Source of the DNA: Scenedesmus sp. PABB004
Taxonomy: Eukaryota
Reading direction: 5' to 3'
Assembly: GCA_014905635.1 (NCBI GenBank)
Contig: JABVCE010000009.1
Span: forward strand, 124,001-188,000
DNA: 64,000 bases
Below are positions 40,120-49,695 of this stretch, one piece after another (positions within the stretch are counted from its first letter, which is position 1; each line of letters starts with the position of its first letter). The notes beneath the pieces were generated by a model. It saw only the letters and a list, made by a program, of their open reading frames with translations. It had not been told where the DNA came from and searched no databases. The position numbers were made by a program, and so were the translations under genes.

Positions 40120-42056
40120 GGCGCCGGCGCAGCGGCGCTCGCAGCGGCGGCGGCGCCTGGAGCAGCCGCTGCTGTCGGCGGCACCGCGACGCGTTCGTTG
40201 TCCTGGCGCCTCGCTTGCGGCTTCCAGGCACCTGATCGGGTGCCTGATCAGGGGTCCAGGCACCTGATCGGGTGCCTGATCAGGTGCCTGGAAGCGGCAA
40301 GCGAGGCGCTTGCGCAGCTGCAGGCCACGGGCGCGCAGCTCGCAGCGGTCAACGCGCAGCGCGCGAGTGCTGAGCGGCGGCGGCGGCGCGGCGGCGCATT
40401 TGCTCGTGGGGATTGAGGCGCGCGCCTCGATGGACGCGTGCGAGTTGTGGCGCGCGCCTCGATCGAGGCGCGCGCCTCAAGCCCACGAGCAAGTGCGCCG
40501 CCGCCGCTGCTGCGCGCTGGCACTCGGCCGCAGCGCGGCGCGGCGCGCCCGCGCCGCGCTGCGCCGCGCGCCGCGCCGCGCCGCGCGGCCGCGCCGCGCC
40601 GCGCGCGCTGCCAGGCTCGGCGCCAGGTCGCCGCCGCGGCGTCGTGTCGGCCGAGCAGTGCGGGGGGAGAATCATCGCCTTGAAGTCGTACCGCAGGGCG
40701 ATGATTTCAGGGCGCATGATCCTCCCCCCGCACTGCTGGGGCGACGCGTTGGCGGGGGCGATCCACGGCCGCCCAAGCTCCATGTCCGTGGCGTGCGTGG
40801 ACGCTCGGCGAGGCCATGACGCTGGAGCGGCCTGCGGCGCGACCCGGCCAGCGCGCTCCAGCTGGTCGGATTCTCCTCCGAGGCGCGCGAGATCGTCCCG
40901 CCCGGTGCGCTGGTGCCGCTGCGCGCGCGCCGCGCGGGCGCCACGCGGGCGCTGCTGCCCCCCGCCTCCCAGCCGGGGGCGGCCAGACGTCACCCCCCCC
41001 CCCCTCCCTCGCGCCAGGCCGCGGCGGTGGCGCGATCTGGGGCTGCCTGTGCGGGTGGCTGCGGACGCGCGCCAGGGCCTTTGGGGCCGCCGTTTGTGAC
41101 GCTCATGCACTCTCCCACGCTGTGCACGCGCGGCAAACGGCGGCCCCAAAAAAGGCCCTGGTGCGCGGGCGCGGGGGCGGCGGGGCCGTGCCAGCCGCGG
41201 CGGCGGCGCGCTGCGCGCGCGCGCGCGCGCGCAGCCGCCGCAGCGCTGCGGCCGCGCGCGCTTGCGCCCCGCGCGCACAAGCTCTCCTGCCACTGGCAGG
41301 CCCCTTGCGCGCGAGCGCGCAGTCGGGCCATGGTCGAGCCAGCTGCGTACTGCCTCTCCGCCTGGACCTCGGAGAGCCGGTGCGCCGCCGGCTCGACCAT
41401 CGGCCCGACCGCGCTCGCGCGCGAGGGCCTGCCGCCCGGCCTGGCCAGCGGGTGGGCGCCGCCGCCGCCGCCGTCGCCGCCGCGCTCGCGCCCCGCGGCC
41501 TCTTGCGCCCGCGGCGGTCGCGTCCCCAGCCACTGCAGCAGCCGGTCCGCCCCAAACTCGGCGTCGCTTGCGTTGCTGACGTCCAATGTCGGGCTCAGCG
41601 ACCCATCGATGAGCCAGACGACGACGTCAGCGGCGCGAGCGACGTCGGGCTTGCGGCGTCTGGCGTCAGGCGCAGCGACGCAACGCCGGCCGCTGTGGCT
41701 GGCGCCAGACGCCTGGCTGCCCAGGTTCATGCGCGCGCGCGCGCCAGCCGCGCCCGCCGCCGCCGTGCTGTCGGCGCCCCGAACAGCGCGGCCACCACGT
41801 TCAGGCGCTGTGCACAGCACACAGCGCATAAACGTTGTGTCTGTGTTGCTCAAGCCACGTTTCTTCCAGGTCAGCACCTCCTCCAGCGCAACCTCCGCGA
41901 GCGCGAAGGTGGCTGGCGGAGGTGTTGCAATCATGGGGGAAGCGCAGCGACGCGGTGCCTGGAGTGCGGCGGCGGCGGCGGCTGCTGGGAGCAGGCTGCG
42001 CGGGTCGGCGCGCTGCGCGGGGCCTCGACGTTTGTGCGACGACCAGGCATCGCTGC
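40120..42056 (+). ncRNA. Putative polycistronic hairpin RNA (pri-miRNA-like cluster or large structured ncRNA)
   Basis: Consecutive long imperfect inverted repeats read by eye at 40206-40309, 40388-40504, 40654-40737, 41066-41167, 41295-41433, 41557-41649, 41655-41713, 41781-41851 and 41858-41944, plus weaker ones. Mismatches are mostly G·U on the + strand. Confidence 0.6.
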
Positions 42057-42111
42057 TTGGCGCCTGTGACCGCCCTTCTTGTGGGCTGCGCTCGCTGACC
42101 AGCCGCTCGCT

Positions 42112-42116
42112 TTACA
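42112..42116 (-). promoter_or_regulatory. TGTAA polyadenylation signal of the CNNM gene
   Basis: ttaca on + reads TGTAA on -, ~110 nt past the CNNM stop. TGTAA is the established chlorophyte near-upstream element. Confidence 0.55.
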
Positions 42117-42224
42117 GGAAACCCACAGACCTCCAACCAGCCCGATCCCGCGCCTCATCAGGAGGAAAAGAAAGCGCAGTGCTCGCAGTGCCTCTGCCGT
42201 GCCTGCCGCTCCCGGCGCGCGCGC

Positions 42225-45200
42225 CTAGGGGTCGGCGCTCCGTTCGCGCCGCGCCGCGCCGCCGCTGCCCTCGCCCGCCATGCCCAGCGCGCTGCTGCTC
42301 CGCTGCTTGATGATCTTGCGCGCGACCGTCACACGCGCCGCGGCGGCGCCCGCGACGGCCGCGGGGCTCGGCGCCGCGCTGCGCGCGGGCAGCGGCGCGA
42401 GCGCGAGACGCAGCTGCGCCGGCAGCGACTGCGCGAGCGCGGCGGCGTTGACGGTGATGGTCCGGTAGCTGCGGCGGCGCGAGCGCGGGGCAGGGAGCAG
42501 GGGGGTCAGGCGGGGCGCGGCAGGCGCGCGGCAGGCGCAGCGGCGCCCGCGCGGCCGGCCGGCCGGCGCGGCGGCGCTGCCCTCCTCCCCCCGCGCGCCG
42601 CTCACTTGTCCACAAAGAGATCGGTCTCGTCCACTGCGGGGCGCGCCGCAAACGCCGGCGGGCGGCGAGGCAGCGGGCGTCGGCAGCGGGGCAGCGCGGC
42701 GCCAGCGCGGCGGACGCGGCGCCCGCGCGCGCCGCGCGCTGCGTCGCCGCGCTGCGACGCCCCCCCCCCCCTCCCTCCCTTCGCACCAATCTCTGACTGC
42801 ACGAGCTCCTCAATAACGTCTTCGATCGTTATGACACCGATCGGCACCGCCACGCCCTCCGCCGCGCCGGCGGCGTCGGGCCCGTTGCTGCCGGTCAGCA
42901 GCGTCGGCAGCGGGCCGCTCATGCTGCGGCCGTGGCTGCCGCGGCTGCCGCGGCTGCCCCGGCTGCCGCCGCTCGCGAGGCGCACGAGGTCGTCGGGCTC
43001 GCCGCCGGCGCTGCCGCCGCCGCTGCTGCTGCGGCTGTGCGCGCCGCCGTCGCCGCCGGCGGCGGGCGCGGGGCCGAGCAGCTCGTCCGCGTCGCTGAAC
43101 TGCACGACGCGCGGCGCCAGCTTGGCCTGCGCGCTGCCGCCGCCGCCGGCGAGCTCCTGCTCGCGCCCCGCGGCAAAGGGGCTCGCGCCGTTGGCGCCGC
43201 GCTGCGGCGGCGTCCAGGGGAAGTGCTGCGGCGGCTCCGCGGCGAAGCCAAAGCCCAGCAGCTCCTGCTCGGGGAACAGCGCGGACGGCTGCCGCTCCGG
43301 CGTGGCAGCGGCGGCGGCGTCCACGATCCACGCCGCCGCCGCGCTGTCGGGCGCGCCGTCGGAGCCCAGCAGGTGCGCCGCCTCCTCGCGCGGCTGCAGC
43401 AGCGGCGACCGGAAGCGCTCCGCCTCCTGCTGCCGCTGCTTCTGCTTGCGCCCGCCGCCGCGCTTCGCGGCCGCGGCGCCGCGCGCCGCGGCCGCCTCGG
43501 CGGCGGCGGCCGCCGCGGCAGCGGCGGCCTCGGCCGCCGCGCGCGCCGTCGCGGGCGTGTCTGTGAGCACCACCATGTGGCTGCGCCCCGTCTGGAAGAG
43601 CTTCAGCATGTCATACATCGGCGTGTCCGCCGGCAGCCTGCGCCGCGGCGCGGCACACGGCGCGCGGCGCGCGCGGTCGGTCGACGACGCGGCGCCGGCC
43701 GCGGCGGCGGTGAGGGTGCTGCGGCCCGCGCCGCGCCGGCGTGCCCGCGTCCACGCGCCCGCGCCGCGCGCCCGCGCCGCCCGCGCTGCGCGCACCGTGG
43801 CAGGCTGCGCATGCGCACGTCCCGCACCGGGACCTCCTGGTGGGTCTTGTACTGCAGCAGCTCCTTGACCAGGATGAGACCGATGATGGCAGACCTGCGC
43901 CCGCGGCCGCGGCGGCGGCGGCGGCGGCGGCGGCGGGGGCATCATTTTTCAAAGACAAATAATGACACCGTGTCGGCGCCGGCGCGGCGGGGCGGGTCGA
44001 GCCGACCGGCCGCGCGTGCGCTGCGCGGGGCGGGCGCGGCCGCGCGGCGCGGCGCGCGCCTGTCGCCGCCGGTGTAGACGGGTATGCGGCTGTGCCCACT
44101 CGCGAGGATCGCGCGCATGGTCGCCTGGTTGAGCAGCGCGTCGGCGGGCAGCATGAACACCTTGCCCAGCGGCGTCATCGACCTGCGGCCGGCCGGCAGC
44201 GGCGGCGCGGCGCGGCGGCGCCAGCTCGGCGCTCGCGCAAGCACGCAGCGCCGCGGCCTGCGGCGGCCGGCGCAGGGCGGCCGCCGCGGGGGCGGCCGCG
44301 CCGCCCCGCCCCGCGGCGCTGGTGCGCTGGCGCGGCGCACAGCGCGCGCACTTGCGCGCGGTCTTGTTGGTGAGGTCGAGGGCGCCGCAGATGACCTTGA
44401 TCTCATCCTCGCTCAGGTTGCCGCCCAGGCCCTCGTCGGCGCCGTGGATGTCAACGAGCGCCTTGAGCTGGCCGCGCCTGCGCGGGGGCGAGCGTTGAGC
44501 GCGGGCGCGCGCGGGGGCGAGCGGTGAGCGCGGGCGCGCCGGCGGCGGCGCCGCGCGGCGGCGGGGCGGGGCGCGGCGCGCGCCTGAACAGCGCGCGGTG
44601 CTCCACGCCCAGCAGGAAGTCGAGCAGCTTGCCGATGGGCCAGCTGATGGGAGACGTGACTGCGGCGGCGCCGGCGGGGGTCGGCGGCGAGCGGCGGCGC
44701 CGGTGGCCTGCCGCTGTGACGGCCCACAGCGCAGCCCGCCGGCAGCAGACCCCCGGCCGCCCGCCGCCGCCCGCCTGGCAGCGCACCCGCCATGAGGCCG
44801 CGCACGAGCCAGGCGCAGTAGTAGCCGATGGCCAGGCCGTACCTGCGGCGGCCACGCGCGGGGCCACGCGCGTCAAGGGCCGCTGCAGCGTCGCGGGCCC
44901 CCCGCCGGCCGCCGCCGCGCGCGCGCGGCCGCGCACCTGCTGCAGACCGCCTGCGGGAGAATCTCGCCAAACACCAGCACCGCCGTCACCGAGATGAGGA
45001 TGGCCGTCACGGGGTCGGCCAGCCTGCGCGCCGCCGGCGGGGCGGCGCGCGCGCAGCGGCGTCTCGCAGGGCGCGCCGCGCGCCGCGCCGTGCAGCGCTG
45101 CTCGCGCGCCCGAGCGCCGGCGGCGGCGCACCGGTCGAGGAAGAGCGGGAGCGCCTCCATCGCGCACGCGTTGCACAGCAGCAGCGTGACGAGCAGGAAG

Positions 45201-45561
45201 TGCTGGTTGGCCACGATCGGCGCGATGGCCGACGCGTAGAGCTGCTCGCGCGGCGTGCCGCTGCGCTTGAGCACCTCCAGCTCCACCTGCGCGCGCGCGC
45301 GCACGCGCGCGCGCGGCGCGTCGGCGGGCGCCCCACCGCGCGGCGGTGGCGGCGGCGGGGGCGGCGGCGGGGGCGCACCAGGTCCATGGACATGAGCCCG
45401 AGCGTGAGGCCGCTCGCGAGGCCGGCAAAGATGACGAGCCCGACGCTGATGCCGATGAGCGCCAGCCGCACGCTCGGGGTCAGGGGCTCCTCGCCGTGCA
45501 CCAGCAGCAGCCGGCCGCCGGCCTGCACCGCCAGCGCGGCCGACGCGCGCAGGCGCCGCAT
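42225..45561 (-). CDS. CNNM/DUF21 transmembrane + CBS-pair metal (Mg2+) transporter family protein; multi-exon
   Basis: [70 protein letters not shown] and [23 protein letters not shown]. Confidence 0.93.
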
Positions 45562-46303
45562 GGCGGCGGCGCGCCGCGCGCCGCCGCAGCCGCTGCTCCG
45601 CCTGGCGCCTAGCGCCGCCGCATCGTCGCGGGCGCCCGCCTGATGGCACGGGAGGTGGACGAGGGCACGGGAACGCCGGCGGGCCGAGGGCGAGGGGGGC
45701 TGCTGTGGCTGTGGGGCGCAGGAGAGGCGGGTCTCTGCTGCCGCTCGATGGTCGGGCGCGCGCCTGTGACTGCGCGGCCAGGGCCGGGCTGCTGCGAGTG
45801 TGGCGGGCGGCGAGCAGGGAAGGCGCAGGCGATCGGGGGCGACCGGGGCGCACACAGAGCGGCATAACAGAGGCAGCCCGCAGCGCCCAAGCGGCCGCAC
45901 AACGCACTGTATGGCTCAGTGACGGGCGACCCGGCCGCCCAGACGCACGCCTGCGCGCGGAGCAGCATCAGTTGCCGACGTTTTCGCTCCCACGCGGCTG
46001 GGCGACGCTCGCGGCGGCCTGACACCCGCCCCACGGTGCGCAGGGCGCCGCACCGCACGCCGCCCGCAGCAGCAGGCCGGCCGCCGCGCGCACGCGCGCG
46101 CCGCAGCGCCGGCGCCGTCCGGAGCGCTGCTGCCGGCGGTGCGCGGCGCGCGCGCAACTCCTCGGCGCCGCCCCAGCCGCGCGTCGCCGCCACCCCCGCC
46201 GCTGCCGCACACGCACGCAGCGGCGCGCTGCGGCGGCAGCAGCGGCGGCAGCGGCGGCGCCGGTCGCGCGGGCAGCGCCGGCCGCTCGCCGCGCCGGCCG
46301 GCC

Positions 46304-48367
46304 ATGGCGGCGCCCGACGACGCCGGCGGCGGCGCGGAGGCGAGCTACTACGCCATCCTCAACGTCCCGCGCGAGGCGACGCCGGAGGAGATCAAGCGCG
46401 CGTACCGGGGCCTCGCGACGGTCTTCCACCCCGACAAGCACCATGACGACGCGCTGCGCGAGACGGCGCAGGCCGCGTTCGCCAAGCTCCAGGCGCGCGC
46501 CGGCGCCGAGGCCGCGCCCCGCAGCGCGTGCCCCCGTCATGCGCGCCGCCGCTCACGCGCCGCGCGCACCACCGCACCGCCGCGCGTCCCGCAGGAGGCG
46601 TACGAGGTGCTGTCCGACCCCGCGCGGCGCGACGTGTATGACGTGTACGGCAAGGAGGGCCTGACCGCGGGGCTCGCGGTCGGCACGAAGCTCAAGGACG
46701 TGGAGGAGCTGCGGCGCGAGTGGGAGGCGTTCAAGGCGCAGCAGCGCGCCGCGCGCGAGGCCGCGGCGGCGAGCCACCGCGGCATCTACGTGTGCAAGGT
46801 CGACGGCCGCGGCTGGGCGCACGGCGACTGGGCGGCGCTGCCGCAGATCCGCATGGTCGTCGTGCAGAACAGCCTCGACGTCGCGTGGAGCGACGCCGAC
46901 GTGGGCCTGCTGCAGGGCCAGGCCGCGCTGCGCGGCGGCCAGGGCAGCGGCAGCGTCGTCGCGGGGTACAAGCGCGTGCTCTCGCCCAACGACGAGCTCG
47001 AGGCCAACGCGGTGCTCGGCCTGCGCAGCCTGCTGACCGTCACGAGCACGCGGCGCCTCGGGCACTACACGACCGCCGCGCTCACGGGGTCGTACAACTG
47101 GGAGCAGGGCGCCGGCCTGCAGCTCAGCACGACGCGGCAGCTCACCGCGGCCGCGACCGGGTCGCTGAGCTGGGTCGTCGGCCCGTCCGGCGCGGCGGGC
47201 ATGGCGCTGAGCCTGTCGCACCGCGGCGCGCGGTACGCGGTCAGTGGCAAGCTCGACGTCGGCGCGGTCACCTCAGTCAGCAGCCGCCTGACCTGCCTGC
47301 TCAGCGAGGGCGTGAGCCTCAAGCTCACGGGCCGGCTCGGCACGGCGGGCGTGGACGGCGAGCTCGGGCTCACGCGGCGCTTCGGCCCGGGGACGACGCT
47401 CTACGCCGGCACCGCGGTCAGCCTGCAGGGCGGCACCGCGTTCAAGGTCCGCTACGCGCGCGCGGGGCAGGTGTTCGAGTTCCCCATCCTCCTCACCGGC
47501 GACCCGCGCGACTGGGAGATGCTCGCGGCCGCGAGCGTGCTGCCGCCGCTCGCGTCGTTCCTCGCGCTGCGCTACGTGCTGCGCCCGCTGCGCGCGTGGG
47601 GCGCGCGGCGCGCGGAGCGCGCGGCCCGCGCGCAGCACGCGGCGGCGCTGCGCGCCGCGGCGGCGCGCGCGGGCGCGGAGCGCGCGCTGCTCGCGCCCGT
47701 CGCGCGGCGCAAGGCGGCGGCCGAGGCGGCGGCCGAGGGGCTGGTCGTGCTGGAGGCGACCTACGGCGTGCTGCACGAGTGGCGCCTCGCGCGCGCCGCG
47801 GCCGCCGCGGCGGCGGGGCAGCAGCCGCACGGCGAGCCCGGCGGCGCGGCGCAGCCCCAGCAGCAGCAGCAGCAGCCCGCCGACCTGCAGCAGCCCGACC
47901 AGGCGCGCCGCGCGCCGGGCGGCGGCAAGCGCCAGCGCATCGGCAGCCCGCGCGCCAACGGCGCCGCGCCGCCCGCCGACGGCGCCGCGCCGGGCGCGCC
48001 CGGCGAGCCCGCCGCCGCCGGCGCCGGCGCGGCGGGCGAGGGCGGCGGCGAGACGGAGGAGCAGGGCCTGCCCGCCGCGTGGCTGGACGTGACGGAGGCG
48101 CTGCAGTACCTCGTGGCGGGCGGCAAGCTCGAGCTCGCGGGCGGCGTGAGCAAGCTCGGGCTCATGGGCTTTGCGGACGTCGCGCCGAGCGCCGACAAGG
48201 AGCTGTACGTCGCGTACGCGCACCGGCGGCAGCTGTTCGAGAAGGTCGTCGCCGACGGCGAGCTGCTGCGCCTGCCCGGCGCGGGCGAGCCGGTCGCCGA
48301 CGCGGGCGCGAGCGAGCGGCTGTGGGCGCGCTACCGCGCGGCCGCGGCGCCGGCGGCGGGGCAGTAG
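46304..48367 (+). CDS. DNAJC11: DnaJ homolog subfamily C member 11-like (J domain, beta-rich middle, DUF3395 C-terminus)
   Basis: YYAILNV..EEIKRAYR..FHPDK, EAYEVLSDPARRDVYDVYG, GQVFEFPILL, GLVVLEATYG, LDVTEALQYLV and SKLGLMGFAD..KELYVAY. One GC-AG intron at 46493-46594. Confidence 0.9.
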   Translation: MAAPDDAGGGAEASYYAILNVPREATPEEIKRAYRGLATVFHPDKHHDDALRETAQAAFAKLQARAGAEAAPRSACPRHARRRSRAARTTAPPRVPQEAYEVLSDPARRDVYDVYGKEGLTAGLAVGTKLKDVEELRREWEAFKAQQRAAREAAAASHRGIYVCKVDGRGWAHGDWAALPQIRMVVVQNSLDVAWSDADVGLLQGQAALRGGQGSGSVVAGYKRVLSPNDELEANAVLGLRSLLTVTSTRRLGHYTTAALTGSYNWEQGAGLQLSTTRQLTAAATGSLSWVVGPSGAAGMALSLSHRGARYAVSGKLDVGAVTSVSSRLTCLLSEGVSLKLTGRLGTAGVDGELGLTRRFGPGTTLYAGTAVSLQGGTAFKVRYARAGQVFEFPILLTGDPRDWEMLAAASVLPPLASFLALRYVLRPLRAWGARRAERAARAQHAAALRAAAARAGAERALLAPVARRKAAAEAAAEGLVVLEATYGVLHEWRLARAAAAAAAGQQPHGEPGGAAQPQQQQQQPADLQQPDQARRAPGGGKRQRIGSPRANGAAPPADGAAPGAPGEPAAAGAGAAGEGGGETEEQGLPAAWLDVTEALQYLVAGGKLELAGGVSKLGLMGFADVAPSADKELYVAYAHRRQLFEKVVADGELLRLPGAGEPVADAGASERLWARYRAAAAPAAGQ

Positions 48368-48452
48368 CGACCGACGCGCGCGCGCTGCCGCGGCGGGGGC
48401 GTCGGGGGCGTGTGCTCGCGGTTGAACGCCCCGCCTGCCGCCGCCGACCGCG

Positions 48453-49279
48453 CTACGCGCCGCCCGTCTTGCCGCGCAGCACCAGGTCATGGCGGTTGAC
48501 CTCGCACTCCAGGTCGCCGGCTCCCAGCAGCAGCAGCTCCGCCCCGCCGCCGCCCTCGGCCGCCGCGGCGCGCCGCAGCTGCAGCCGCGCGAGGCTGCCC
48601 TGCACTCTGCCGGGGCTGCCGCGGGCGCCGGACGCCGCCGCCTCTGCCCCGTCGCGCACGCTCAGACCCGCCACGCCGGCTGCAGCTGCGGCTGCCGTGC
48701 CGCCGCCGCTGCCGCCGCCGTCGTCGCCACCCGCGCCGGCGCCGGCGCCGCCGCCGCCCGCCTGCGCCTGGGCGAGCATGTCGCCGAGGCGCAGCACTGC
48801 GCGCTCCACCAGCACCTGCTCGTGCCGCGCCCAGGGGTGGTCGCAGTTGCACACCTGCGGCGGGAGAGCTGAGCGCTGTGCCGCGTGCCCGCCGCCGCCG
48901 GCCGCCGCCGCTGCGCGCCGTGCAGCACGGCGCGCAGCACGGCGCGCACCCAAGGGCTGTGGAACCGCCGGCACTCGCAGCGCGGCTTGGCGCAGGCGTG
49001 GGCGCCCGTGGGGTGGTGCTCCGTGGCTCGGTGCTTGCAGGAGCAGCGCAGCGTCCACGCGCCCTCGGCGACGATAAACTTGAAGCGTTCGCACGCGCAG
49101 CCGCCGCGCGCGCACGGCTCCAGGCCGCCGCGGCCGTGCTCCCTCAGCCGGTGGCCGCAGAGGCAGCGCGACTCGGTCCGGATGGGTACGCAGGCGCGCG
49201 TGCAGTCGCCGCACCGCCACTCCCAGGCCTGCTGCGTGGTCGCGACGGCGGCGGCCACGCCCAGGCCTGCGGCCGCCAT
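48453..49279 (-). CDS. FAM221-like (DUF4475) Cys/His-rich protein
   Basis: SRCLCGHRLREH..C...C.C.RF.FI...W..RCSCKHRATEH...C....C.C..FHSPW|VCNCDHPWARH. One intron at ~48855-48947. The 5' end may extend upstream. Confidence 0.7.
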
Positions 49280-49695
49280 AGCGGCAGACCTGCGCGCTGC
49301 CGCAGGTCCCCGCTGCCGCGGGAACCTGCGCGCTGCCGCGCAGCGGCGGGAGCGGCCGCGGCGGCGCGCCTGCGCCCTGTTGCGCTATCGGCGCCCGCTG
49401 GAAGAGCACAGGGTGTGAGCTGGGATCGCGAGCCGGAGCGGCAGCGGGAGCGGGACCGGGCGTTGTGGCGCCGCCCCCGACAACCGCCGCGCCGTCACGC
49501 AGGGTTCGGGCTGGGAGCGCCACGTGGCCGGCGTGTCTGTCGGCGTTGTCGTCCCGGCGCAGTCACGCACACACACACGCGGCACAGCGTCGCGCGGGGA
49601 CGCGGCGCGGGCCTGCACCGACCGCGCCGCCGCCGACGCGCCGCCACCGGTCCGCGGTCGCGGCCATGCGCGCGGTGACGCTGTAGAGCTCGGCG

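Noticed and set aside
40990..41934. 314-aa minus-strand ORF with a GTPase-like snippet (ADVVVWLIDGS)
   Set aside because: It has no P-loop or other family motifs and no intron structure. It lies antisense to hairpins whose G·U bias favours a + strand RNA, and long stop-free frames are expected at this GC content. Not fully excluded.
40206..42056. CRISPR array or MITE cluster interpretation of the inverted repeats
   Set aside because: There is no shared direct repeat between units, no cas or transposase gene, no common termini or target-site duplications, and the context is eukaryotic.
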